From Candidatus Sericytochromatia bacterium (GTDB taxonomy: Bacteria; Cyanobacteriota; Sericytochromatia; S15B-MN24; JAQBPE01): a stretch of 39,801 nt of DNA. Shown piece by piece: positions 17,334 to 26,305 of this stretch. Within the stretch, counting starts at the first letter, position 1, and each line of letters opens with the position of its first letter. Under the pieces are notes generated by a model. It saw only the letters and a program-made list of their open reading frames with translations, did not search any database and was not told the origin of the DNA. The stretch lies in the NCBI GenBank assembly GCA_035285125.1, contig JAYKHR010000044.1, forward strand, positions 1 to 39,801, given 5' to 3'. Position numbers and translations under genes: made by a program.

Positions 17334-20300
17334 CTAGAACGTCGTGCCCAGGCCCCAGTTGAGCTGCCAGTCACCCCCGACGGCCGCCCCGCGCGTCAGG
17401 CCCCGGGCGACGCCCAGGCGCAGATCGACAGGCACGCTCTGGAAGGCGGCCGTGCGGGCCCGAAGCTCCGCGCCTGTGCCCGTGAGGACATCGTCCAGGC
17501 CCGGCGCCACCAGGCTCGTCGAGTCCAGCCCCCAGAGGGCGCCGGCGTCGAGGAAGGCCACGCCGTAGAGCTGGTTGATGAAGATGGGCGCCTCGCCCCA
17601 ACCGCGCAGCACCTCGAGAATCGGCCAGCGGTACTCCATGCCAGCCGTGACGACGCGGTTGCCGGCGGCGAAGCCGTGGCCGCGCATCAGCACCCGGCGG
17701 TTGGAGTAGTCCGTGGCGGAGGTGAGGTCCCAGCGGTTCAGCGTCGACAGCGGCTGGTAGCCGAAGGGCTGGAACGAGGTGGCCATGAAGAAGTCGCCGT
17801 TGCGGTTGTACACCGCGCCCGCCGTGCCGCGCAGGGCCAGCGAGTGCTTGGTGCCCCAGGGCAGGGGGACGTAGAAGCGGTGGTCCGCCCACAACCGGGT
17901 GTAGGCGCGCTGCAGGGGCATGCCCGCCACGGGGAGGCCCTGCTCGGCGCCCAGCGTGGTGATCTGGCCGTCCGTCGGGCCGTAGTCGTAGGGCCAGCGC
18001 ACGGTCTGGGCACGCTGCCACTGCACGAACGCGCTGTGGTACAGGCCGGGGTCCTGCGCCGTCCAGACCGAGGGCAGCACCCCGTTCACCACGGGCAAGA
18101 GACGCTGGTCCGCCGGGAACTTGTCTTTGTAGTCCTTCGGGATGTCGTCTTCCTGGAGATCGAGGGCGTAGTCCTCGACGGCCTCGGTGCGAACGCCGAA
18201 GGTCCAGTTGTCGCCCGTGATGGGCGGCGGGTCGAACAGCGGATAGCGCAAGCCGGGCCACTGCAAGGAGAGGGCCGCGGTCTTGGTCCACTGCCAGCGG
18301 TTCGCGAAGAAGAGGTCCTCGGGCTTGTTCTCGTTGGGGAAGACGGGCTGCCGTCCGGGGCTCGGGTACTCGCTCGCGAAGACGGAGAACGGCAGGGCCA
18401 GCGAGGAGTTGCCGTAGTTGAAGCCGTAGTTGACGCGGCCGCTGTTGAAGCCATAGCCCCCGATGGTCACCAGCGTGTTCTCGCGCAGCAGGTCCTGCCA
18501 GTAGGTGTAGATCGTGAGGTTCGAGCCGCGTTCGTCCTGGGACATCAGCGGGAACCACGTGCTGGGGTTCATCGTGGTGAGGGGGGCATAGGGCGTCACG
18601 CCCGTCACCGTCGCAGGCGGCAGCGTGGGCAGTTCTGGCTTACGGCCCGGCGGCGGCACCGTGGCATTGCGAGGAGACCGGAGACCCTCGAAGGGGATCC
18701 AGGCGACGTCGTAGCCCCGGCCCGAATAAGTGGTGAAGGCGATCCGCTTGCCGTCCGGCGAGACGGCAGGGTCGAAGGCGCCGCCTGGCACGTCCGTGAG
18801 GGCACGCGTCTGACGCGTGGCGAGGTCGTACACGTGCAGGTTGAAGGTGCCGTTCATCCGATCGGAGACGTACACGATGCCCCGGCCATCCGGCGTCCAC
18901 GTGGGGTAAAAGTCGAGCGCGAGGTCCCGCCACAGCGGCTCCAACTGCCCCGTCTCGGCGTTCACGAGCCAGATGTCACGCGTGCCCGCATGCCAGACCG
19001 CCACCGCGATGCGTCGGCCGTCCGGCGAGAAGACGGGGTTGCCGAACTGGTACTCGTTCTGGTCGAAGGTCCACTGGCGCAACCGCTTGCCCGTCACGTC
19101 GAAGATGGCGAGGCCCGTACGGGCACCGCCGTTGGGCACGGCCACCACCCGGGTGCCGTCTGGCGAGACCGAGGGCGCGAAGATGCGGGCCTGGTTCGTG
19201 AGGCGCGTGCGCTTTTTCTGCTGGCGATCGTAAACGAACAGATCCCGGTAGCTCGTCAGGCCACGTGGGCTCTCACTCGTGTCGGCCTCGTAGTACACGA
19301 GGTTCGGGTCAGCCCCCACCGAGGCCGCCGAGCGGGTGCTCTTGCCCATCACCAGGGTGCGCGGCTTGCCGTCCAGGCGGTCGGCCCACAGCTTGCCCGA
19401 CTCGTTGCGGGCCGACTCCGCATAGAGCAGGGTGCCGTCCTTCTGCCAGAACGGGTGGCGATGCCAGCGGCCAGTCTGCGTCACGAGGTGGGGCTCAGGG
19501 AGCCTAGCCCCCGGGGCGAGGGCCGCAAGCCTGGCCTCTCGCTCTGCCTGCTCGGCCTCATAGCGGCGCCCGAGGGCCTTGCACATGTCGGCCCAGATGT
19601 CCTGCGCGCTCTGCCCCGTGGCACGCCAGACGGCATTGTCGAAGCCAAGGTAAGGGAAGAGGTTGTACTGACGCAGCACCTCGGCGGGGGAACGCTCCCC
19701 GTGCCGGGCGACCATGTGCGCCACGAACGCGCTGCCCCAGGTGTACTCGTAGCCCCCCATCGGCCAGTCGAGCATGTACCGACCGAAGACCTGGTCGTAG
19801 GACGGGACCTTGCCGTCGAGGAAGGCCATGCGGCGGGTCATGTCGAAGTCGCCCTCGAGCCCCCGGCCGCCTGCCGTGAACTTGCTCTCGGTGTAAACCG
19901 CGAGGCCCTCCGTGAAGTAGGAAGGCGCGTTGGTGAGCAGGTCGGGAAGCTGCAGCGTGATCTCGATGGGAAGGGCCGGGAAGCGGCTGAAGATGAACCC
20001 ACCGGCGGCCGAGTTGACCTGGTTGACGAGCCAGGGCGTGTGCTCGAACTGGAGGATGTGCGTGTACTCGTGGATGAACAGCAGGCGCAGCCACTGGTCG
20101 TAGCGACCGATCGGCATGCCCTCGTCCGGGTTCGGCGGCGTCATCCAGAGCCACACGGCCCGGTGGGGGTTGTTGTGGGCAAGCGAGTTCAGCTCGTCGA
20201 ACTGGTCCGTGACGACCACCTCCGTGGGCCCGCCTGGCTCGACCCCCATGAAGGGCACGAGCTGCTTGTGGGCATCCTCGGCGATGGTGGCCACCTCCCG

Positions 20301-20468
20301 CGCCTTGTCCGCCAGCTCCGCCGTGTAGTAAATGCGGAAGTGGGGCGTGTGCAGCGTCGTCCACTTGGTGCCGGGCTCGAACAGGGCCGTCTGCGCGGCA
20401 GCAGGGGCAGCAGCCACCGTGAGGCTGGCGGCGAGGGCAGCGAGGAGGCCGGTGGCGATGCGCTTCAA
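17334..20468 (-). CDS. Outer-membrane protein: zinc-peptidase domain + TolB/PD40 beta-propeller + Omp85-type barrel
   Basis: Signal peptide; 'HEYTH' and 'EGLA' zincin motifs; repeated 'P..SPDG' PD40 units; C-terminal 'MRGH', 'EYRWPI', 'FLDAG', 'GTGAELR' and terminal 'WGLGTTF'. Confidence 0.85.
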   Translation of the reverse strand: MKRIATGLLAALAASLTVAAAPAAAQTALFEPGTKWTTLHTPHFRIYYTAELADKAREVATIAEDAHKQLVPFMGVEPGGPTEVVVTDQFDELNSLAHNNPHRAVWLWMTPPNPDEGMPIGRYDQWLRLLFIHEYTHILQFEHTPWLVNQVNSAAGGFIFSRFPALPIEITLQLPDLLTNAPSYFTEGLAVYTESKFTAGGRGLEGDFDMTRRMAFLDGKVPSYDQVFGRYMLDWPMGGYEYTWGSAFVAHMVARHGERSPAEVLRQYNLFPYLGFDNAVWRATGQSAQDIWADMCKALGRRYEAEQAEREARLAALAPGARLPEPHLVTQTGRWHRHPFWQKDGTLLYAESARNESGKLWADRLDGKPRTLVMGKSTRSAASVGADPNLVYYEADTSESPRGLTSYRDLFVYDRQQKKRTRLTNQARIFAPSVSPDGTRVVAVPNGGARTGLAIFDVTGKRLRQWTFDQNEYQFGNPVFSPDGRRIAVAVWHAGTRDIWLVNAETGQLEPLWRDLALDFYPTWTPDGRGIVYVSDRMNGTFNLHVYDLATRQTRALTDVPGGAFDPAVSPDGKRIAFTTYSGRGYDVAWIPFEGLRSPRNATVPPPGRKPELPTLPPATVTGVTPYAPLTTMNPSTWFPLMSQDERGSNLTIYTYWQDLLRENTLVTIGGYGFNSGRVNYGFNYGNSSLALPFSVFASEYPSPGRQPVFPNENKPEDLFFANRWQWTKTAALSLQWPGLRYPLFDPPPITGDNWTFGVRTEAVEDYALDLQEDDIPKDYKDKFPADQRLLPVVNGVLPSVWTAQDPGLYHSAFVQWQRAQTVRWPYDYGPTDGQITTLGAEQGLPVAGMPLQRAYTRLWADHRFYVPLPWGTKHSLALRGTAGAVYNRNGDFFMATSFQPFGYQPLSTLNRWDLTSATDYSNRRVLMRGHGFAAGNRVVTAGMEYRWPILEVLRGWGEAPIFINQLYGVAFLDAGALWGLDSTSLVAPGLDDVLTGTGAELRARTAAFQSVPVDLRLGVARGLTRGAAVGGDWQLNWGLGTTF

Positions 20469-20631
20469 GGGAAACCTCGGGGCCTGGGGCGACAGGGTGA
20501 CGACGATGCCCTATGGTACCCCATCGGCGCGCTGCGTTCATGCTGGAGCCTGGTCCAGGATTCCGGCTCAAGGGGTGGGGCCGTTGACCCGGCGTGAACG
20601 GGGCTGCCCCGACGCAGCGCCAAGCAACCAC

Positions 20632-20648
20632 TTAACAAACAATTAACA
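20632..20648. promoter_or_regulatory. TTAACA direct repeat with 11-bp period (OmpR/PhoB-family-like box)
   Basis: TTAACA-aacaa-TTAACA in an otherwise GC-rich divergent intergenic region. Confidence 0.45.
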
Positions 20649-20746
20649 TCCGCAAGCGCAAGATCGGCGCCCGGCAGGCGGACAAGCTTGCAGGTGGGTG
20701 AAGCGCCCGGGAGTCGGCGCGACGAGTGGGTCAAGGGAGGCAAACG

Positions 20747-21085
20747 ATGAGCAACACGCTGAACCCGATCGCCCCAGGCCAACTGCCCGTGGGCCAGCAG
20801 CTCGGCGCCCTGGCTGCCAACGCGCCGGCCTCCCCGGCACCATCCTTCAGCGACGACGAGGTCCTCCTGTCCCCCCGCAAGCAGAGGGCAGCCGTCGCCC
20901 ACGGCTTGGAGGGCGGCGGCCACGCCGCGAAGACGATCATCGGCGCCTTCTTGCTTGCCGGCGGGTTGGCCCTGCGCGCAGCCCCTGGCTGGCTCCGGGG
21001 GGCGGTGGGCGTGTTCGGCGGGATCCAGGCCTTGTCCGGGGGCATCAGCCTGATTGCCTGGACGCAGAAGCCCGAGTCGCGCTGA
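20747..21085 (+). CDS. Small hypothetical membrane protein (112 aa)
   Basis: Strong AAGGGAGG RBS; disordered N-terminus and two Gly-rich hydrophobic segments. Confidence 0.75.
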   Translation: MSNTLNPIAPGQLPVGQQLGALAANAPASPAPSFSDDEVLLSPRKQRAAVAHGLEGGGHAAKTIIGAFLLAGGLALRAAPGWLRGAVGVFGGIQALSGGISLIAWTQKPESR

Positions 21086-21152
21086 CAAGGACCTGATCGC
21101 TGCCCCGGGGCCAGGCACCTGGCCCCCCGGGCAGCGCCACCCCACCGAGGGT

Positions 21153-21443
21153 TTACCGCGGCTCGATGATGAACCGGATGGCCGTCCGCTCCTCCCCGTT
21201 GACCTCGATGTCCAGGAATGCCGGAATCGTGACCAGGTTGAGGCCCGAAGGCGCCACGTAGCCCCGGGCGATGCCGATCGCCTTGACTGTCTGGTTCACC
21301 GCGCCTGCGCCAATCGCCTGCACCTCGCAGCGCCCGCTCTCGCGGATCACCCCGGCGATCGCCCCGGCCACCGCCGCGGGGTTGGAGTTCGAACACACCC
21401 GCAGCAGCGGGGCCCGCTTCGTGGGAGCCTGATTCGACAGCAC
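21153..21443 (-). CDS. spoVS: Stage V sporulation protein S family (Alba-like nucleic-acid-binding fold)
   Basis: 'SNPAAVAGAIAG', 'QAIGAGAVNQTVKAIGIARG', 'PAFLDIEVNGEERTAIRF'. Confidence 0.95.
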   Translation of the reverse strand: MLSNQAPTKRAPLLRVCSNSNPAAVAGAIAGVIRESGRCEVQAIGAGAVNQTVKAIGIARGYVAPSGLNLVTIPAFLDIEVNGEERTAIRFIIEPR

Positions 21444-21652
21444 CTCGCAGCCCTCCTTCGATGGACCCGGATGGGCGAGAACACACCCGCCACCGCCCGA
21501 GCCCCTGCGCCCGATGGTAGCGTCCGCGTAGGGGAACCGTACCAGCCAAAACCGCCAACGTTGCAGTGGCCGCTTCGGCGACAGCCAAGGGTGAGGGGCG
21601 CGTGGCTCTCGCGCACGCGCCCCAATTCCTTGCCGTTACCGGGCCTTCAGGA

Positions 21653-22891
21653 TCACCGACCGCCGGGCTGCGGACCGGGCTGACCACCGGGCTGCGGGCC
21701 AGGCTGACCGCCGGGCTGCGGGCCAGGCTGACCACCGGGCTGCTGGGTCCCCTGTCCGGGCCTCTGGCCGCCGCGCTTGGGCGCCGGCGGCAGGCGCTTG
21801 TTGGCGCCGCCCGGCATCCGCGCCTCGAGGTCCGCGAGGGACTTGAGTTCCTCGATCTTGACCTCGTAGTCAACCTTGTTGATCCGAGGCGGCTCCTTGT
21901 AGCGGGAGACGCCGTTGGCCTCCAGCGGCGGAGGACCAGGCAGCTTGTAGTCGTCGCGGCGTGGCGTCCACGTCCAGACCCGGATGCCGTCTCCCATCCG
22001 GGCTGCCAGCGTCAGGTGAACCTTCCGCTGGCCCCCAGGCCCCATCGGAGCCCCTGGCTGCATCCCGCCCTGGGGCGGCGGGTTCACACCGCCCGGCGGT
22101 GGCTGCATCCCACCTTGCGGCGGCTGGTACGCCCCGCCCGGCGGAGGCTGCATCCCACCCTGGGGCGGCGGGTTCGCGCCACCCGGCGGCGGCGGGGCCT
22201 GCAGCAGGCCGAAGTAGCGCGGCGCGGAGGGGCCAGGGTCAGCAGGCGCCCCGATCTGGGCCTGCATCATCAGGAACAGGTTGCTGCTGTGCTGCTGCAG
22301 GTTGCCGTCCTTGTCGAGCCACCAGGTCTGCCGGGGCGCCTTGTGGGGCCCGATGTAGTAGGCGATCGCAGCCTCTGGCGCCACGTCCTTCACCTGGCAG
22401 TCGAAGGCCACGGTCTTCCCCTCGAAGAGCTCCTGGCGGGTCTTGCCTGCGCGGCCTACCTCGGCGATGAGCTCGTTGTCGGCGGCGCCCGGCATCACAT
22501 AGGCCTGGAACTGGAGCCCCTTGCCCCCTTCGAAGTCTGCCGCGGTGGGCGCGACGGGGACCTTGACCTTCTGGCCGTCCTTGAACTCCACCTCGACGTT
22601 CGCGTTCTTGCCTGCCTCGACGGGAATCTTCAGGTTGCCGACAGCGTCGAACTCGGCCACCACCTTCTCGCCATTCACGAGGAGGGTCTGGATGTCCTCT
22701 TGGCTGAACGGGGCTTCGACCCCGAGGTCGTCGAGGACCTTCAGGCCCAGGGTCGCGAACTGCGCCGCGGACTGGATCGTGTTCCGGACGTCGGCCGTCG
22801 ACACCTGGGGCATGGCGCACCCCGGAAGAGCGAGCGACAGGGCGAGGCAGAGGCCGGCTGCGCGGAGCGCGCGCGGTTGAACTTGCTTCAT
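21653..22891 (-). CDS. Hypothetical lipoprotein with Pro/Gly/Gln-rich repeats
   Basis: Signal peptide ending in lipobox-like LPG-C; AGGAGGT RBS. Confidence 0.8.
   Translation of the reverse strand: MKQVQPRALRAAGLCLALSLALPGCAMPQVSTADVRNTIQSAAQFATLGLKVLDDLGVEAPFSQEDIQTLLVNGEKVVAEFDAVGNLKIPVEAGKNANVEVEFKDGQKVKVPVAPTAADFEGGKGLQFQAYVMPGAADNELIAEVGRAGKTRQELFEGKTVAFDCQVKDVAPEAAIAYYIGPHKAPRQTWWLDKDGNLQQHSSNLFLMMQAQIGAPADPGPSAPRYFGLLQAPPPPGGANPPPQGGMQPPPGGAYQPPQGGMQPPPGGVNPPPQGGMQPGAPMGPGGQRKVHLTLAARMGDGIRVWTWTPRRDDYKLPGPPPLEANGVSRYKEPPRINKVDYEVKIEELKSLADLEARMPGGANKRLPPAPKRGGQRPGQGTQQPGGQPGPQPGGQPGPQPGGQPGPQPGGR
21660..21743 (-). repeat. 12-bp-period coding repeat, 7 units (QPGG/QPGP)
   Basis: Alternating ccRccgggctgc and ggRccRggctga units. 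Confidence 0.88.
22056..22197 (-). repeat. About 45-bp coding repeat, 3 copies (PPPGGxxPPQGGMQ)
   Basis: ggctgcatccc recurs three times at 45-bp spacing. Confidence 0.85.
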
Positions 22892-23099
22892 GTCTTGGTA
22901 ACACCTCCTGCTTCGGGCGGCGAGCGCTAGCCACCTGTGGGCCTGCGGGCTGCCCCTCAGCCGACGTACCCAGGTGCGGCGCCTCCATCACCAGCCCACG
23001 ATCAGCCCTTGGCCGAAGCTTAATGACCTACCGACGCAGCCCCCACCCCGAAGCCCCTCTGCGGCGGGGGGAGCTGGAGCCTGGGGCGCAGGTGCGCGC

Positions 23100-24455
23100 C
23101 TACCGACCCGCGATGGCCCCCGACGACTCTTGAAGGGCCGTGACCAGGGCGTCGAGGGACACCGGGTCGTTGAGCTCCGTCACGGCCACCAGGAAGGCGT
23201 CCGAGAGGTCGGGATAGAAGCGACCGAGTGGCACGCCCGCCAGGAAACCCCGCTCCTCGAGCGCCGCCAGCAAGCGCGGGACCGGCACCGGGCTCCGCAC
23301 GGCAAACTCGTGGAGGAAGGGACCCTCGTGCACCAACGAGAAGCCGGGCAGCGCAGCAATCTTGCCGGCCAGGGCGTGGGCCCGCTCAGCCGAGACCTCA
23401 CAGACCTGCCGCAGCCCCTCTGCCCCGGCCAGCGACAGGTAGACCGTCACGGCCAGCGCGCAGAGCGCCTGGTTGGTGCAAATGTTGCTCGTCGCCTTCT
23501 CGCGCCGGATGTGTTGCTCGCGCGTCTGCAGCGTCAGGGTGTAGGCCCGGTCTCCGCGGGCGTCAACGGTGGCGCCGACGATCCGGCCGGGAAGCTGCCG
23601 GAAGTGGGCGCTGCGGCAGGCCATGAACCCCACGTGCGGGCCACCGAAGTTCGGCATGTTACCAACGGCCTGGCCGTCCCCCACCACAATGTCGGCCCCA
23701 TAGCTACCAGGAGGAGCCAGCACGGCCAAAGAGACCGGGTCGACGACAGCGACGAGCAGGGCGCCCGCCGCGTGGGCCGCTTCGGCCAGGGCCGGCATGT
23801 CTTCCAGCAGCCCGAGGAAATTGGGCGACTGAACGATCAGGCAGGCGGCATCGGGCCCCAGGGTCTCTGCGGCCGCAGCGGGCGCCAACCGGCCGTTCGC
23901 CTGAGGCGCCACGCGGATCACAGGTTCCGGGCCACGGGCGTAGGTGCGCAGCACCTCCAGGTACTCCGGATGAACGGCCCCGGCCACCACGATTTCCTTG
24001 CGGCCCGTGATACGCATGGCCATGAAGGCCGCCTCGGCCATCGCCGTCGAGCCGTCGTACAGGCTGGCGTTGGAGACGTCCATGCCCGTCAGGGCACAGA
24101 TCATGCTCTGGTACTCGTAGGTGTACTGGAGCGTGCCCTGGCTGACCTCTGGCTGGTAGGGGGTGTAGGCCGTGTAGAACTCGGAGCGAGAGACGAGGGC
24201 ATCCACGGCCGCGGGCACGAAGCGCTGGTAGACCCCAGCCCCGAGAAAGGCCTTGGGCCCCAGAGGCGTGTTGCGGCTCGCCAGGTCCCTCAGCTTGAGC
24301 TGGACCTCCAACTCGCTGACACCCGGAGGAATGTCCAGGGCAGGCACCCGGAGCGAGGCCGGGATGTGCGCGACCATCTCGTCGAAGGACGCGTAGCCCA
24401 CGGCCGCGAGCATCTCACGGCGGTCGGTGGCAGACAGAGGCAGATAGGGGTTCAT
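23100..24455 (-). CDS. gcvPA: Glycine dehydrogenase (decarboxylating) subunit 1
   Basis: 'FLGAGVY', 'EFYTAYTPYQPEVSQG', 'SNASLYDG', 'LQTREQHIRREKATSNICTN'; 451 aa fits the split-P alpha subunit. Confidence 0.97.
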   Translation of the reverse strand: MNPYLPLSATDRREMLAAVGYASFDEMVAHIPASLRVPALDIPPGVSELEVQLKLRDLASRNTPLGPKAFLGAGVYQRFVPAAVDALVSRSEFYTAYTPYQPEVSQGTLQYTYEYQSMICALTGMDVSNASLYDGSTAMAEAAFMAMRITGRKEIVVAGAVHPEYLEVLRTYARGPEPVIRVAPQANGRLAPAAAAETLGPDAACLIVQSPNFLGLLEDMPALAEAAHAAGALLVAVVDPVSLAVLAPPGSYGADIVVGDGQAVGNMPNFGGPHVGFMACRSAHFRQLPGRIVGATVDARGDRAYTLTLQTREQHIRREKATSNICTNQALCALAVTVYLSLAGAEGLRQVCEVSAERAHALAGKIAALPGFSLVHEGPFLHEFAVRSPVPVPRLLAALEERGFLAGVPLGRFYPDLSDAFLVAVTELNDPVSLDALVTALQESSGAIAGR

Positions 24456-24841
24456 CAGAGACTTCCCACAAACGCCTCGTAGGCGGTGGCATCCATCGTC
24501 GCAGCGGCAGGGTCCTCCCCTGCAGCCGGCTTCAGCTTCACCAGCCAGCCGCGGCCGTAAGGATCCTCACCCACCACGCCGGGCTCGCCGTTCACCGCCT
24601 CATTGACGGCCACGACCTCCGCCGCGAAGGGTGCGTAGAGGTCGGAGACCGCCTTGACCGACTCGACGACACCGAAGGAGGCGCCCTTCGCCAGCGCCTT
24701 GCCGACGGCGGGCAGTTCGACGAAGACCACATCCCCAAGTTGGTCGGCCGCGTAGCGGGAAATCCCGACGGTCCAGGCATCGCCGGCGGGCACCATGTAC
24801 TCGTGGGACTCGATGAAACGGATGTCGGCGGGCAGGGTCAC
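24455..24841 (-). CDS. gcvH: Glycine cleavage system H protein
   Basis: 'HEY', 'LGDVVFVELP', lipoyl lysine 'VESVKAVSD', 'DPYGRGW'; GTG start after AAGGAG; TGATG overlap with gcvPA. Confidence 0.96.
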   Translation of the reverse strand: MTLPADIRFIESHEYMVPAGDAWTVGISRYAADQLGDVVFVELPAVGKALAKGASFGVVESVKAVSDLYAPFAAEVVAVNEAVNGEPGVVGEDPYGRGWLVKLKPAAGEDPAAATMDATAYEAFVGSL

Positions 24842-24845
24842 GGGG

Positions 24846-25955
24846 TCACTCCTTCGAGGGGTCGGGGCGGCGATAGAAGGGAAGCTTGACCGTGGCAGCG
24901 GCGTGCCGCTGACCGCGGATCTCGACAGCCAGCGCCTCGGCCACAGCCGGGGCCTCGACGAGGGCCGTCGCGATGGGGCGCTGCAGGGTGGGCGAGAAAG
25001 TTCCGGAGAGCACCTCCCCGACGCAGCGATCGCCGGCATACACGGCATAGCCCTGACGAGCGATGTTCCGGCCTTCCAGCGAAAGCCCGACCACCCGATG
25101 CGACACCTCCCCCGCGCGGTGACGCACCAGCGCCTCGCGCCCCAGGAAGTCGGGCTTGTCGAGCCGGACGCTCCAGCCAAAGCCGGCCATGACGGGGCTG
25201 ATGGCGTCCGTGAGCTCGTGGCCGTAAAGCGGCAGGCCCGCCTCGAGCCGCAGGGTGTCGCGGGCGCCGAGCCCAGCGGGTTTAGCCCCCGCAGCGACGA
25301 GCCGCACCCAGAGGGCGGGCGCCTCAGGGGCGGCGCAGAAGATTTCAAAGCCGTCCTCGCCCGTGTAGCCCGTCCGGGCGATCGTCACGGCAGCGCCAGC
25401 CACGTGCGCATCCGTCCAGCGGAAGGAGCCCAGCGCGCCGAGCGGCGTGCCACCCTCCACCATCGAAGCCAGCAAGGCCTCGGCCCGCGGGCCTTGCAAT
25501 GCCAGCATGGCCGTCGCCTCGGACCGGTCGTCGAGCGTGACGTCGGATGGCAGATGGGACGAGAGCCAAGCCCAGTCCTTGTCCATGTTGGAGGCGTTGA
25601 CGACGAGCAAGAAACCATCCGGCCGCCGGTACACCAGCAGGTCATCCACGGTGCCGCCGTCGGGCCGCACGAACTGCGTGTACAGCGCCTGGTCCGCGGC
25701 CAAGCGCATCACGTCGTTCGCCACCACCCGGTTGACGAAGGCCTCAGCACCCGGCCCACTCACGAAGAACTCCCCCATGTGGGACACGTCGAACAGGCCG
25801 ACGTCCGTGCGCACGGCGTGGTGCTCATCCAGAATGCCCGTGTACTGAACGGGCATCTCCCAGCCCCCGAAGGGCACCATGCGGGCGCCCGCCGCCACGT
25901 GCACGGCGTGGAGGCAGGTGCGGCGAAGCGTCGGGGTGGCAGTCGGCTGGCTCAC
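24846..25955 (-). CDS. gcvT: Glycine cleavage system aminomethyltransferase T
   Basis: 'FGGWEMPVQY', 'GLFDVSHMGE', 'RTGYTGEDGFE', 'GLGARDTLRLEAG'. Confidence 0.97.
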   Translation of the reverse strand: MSQPTATPTLRRTCLHAVHVAAGARMVPFGGWEMPVQYTGILDEHHAVRTDVGLFDVSHMGEFFVSGPGAEAFVNRVVANDVMRLAADQALYTQFVRPDGGTVDDLLVYRRPDGFLLVVNASNMDKDWAWLSSHLPSDVTLDDRSEATAMLALQGPRAEALLASMVEGGTPLGALGSFRWTDAHVAGAAVTIARTGYTGEDGFEIFCAAPEAPALWVRLVAAGAKPAGLGARDTLRLEAGLPLYGHELTDAISPVMAGFGWSVRLDKPDFLGREALVRHRAGEVSHRVVGLSLEGRNIARQGYAVYAGDRCVGEVLSGTFSPTLQRPIATALVEAPAVAEALAVEIRGQRHAAATVKLPFYRRPDPSKE

Positions 25956-26305
25956 GGTGGCGGGCTCCGTGTGGGGCGGGACGGTTCATATAACCACGCC
26001 CCTTCCTGCTCGGTCAACGTGAAAGCGGCGTCAAACAACGGTTCAGGGGGTTTTTTCGGGATCCCTCGTGGGGCCCACTCCGCGGGTTCAGCGCGACACC
26101 TCGCCCGCCGTCCAGCCGGGCACTCCCCCCCCGGACCAGCGGGCCTGCGACCACGCCCCACCCCTCGGGTCAGGCCCCTGCGGTGCCGAGGGCGACGTTC
26201 TCCGCCCTTCGCGTCGGGGTCGCGGCCCCCTGGCCGGGATTGCCCCCCACCCCCGCCGGGTAGAGTACAGGCAGGGGTGCCGTCGCATAGAGGGCCGTCG
26301 TCGAG

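Noticed and set aside
17676..20597. 973-aa plus-strand ORF and similar long antisense ORFs (e.g. 3271-4827, 13231-15159, 33679-35667)
   Set aside because: Shadow frames of well-supported opposite-strand genes; stop codons are scarce in high-GC DNA and the translations have no motifs.
24842..25348. N-terminal extension of gcvH in the ORF track
   Set aside because: It overlaps gcvT out of frame; the RBS and family length support GTG 24841.
25956..26305. Glycine riboswitch expected upstream of gcvT
   Set aside because: The GGAGA...CCGAAG...CTCTCAGG aptamer signatures are not present on the minus strand; only generic GC hairpins.
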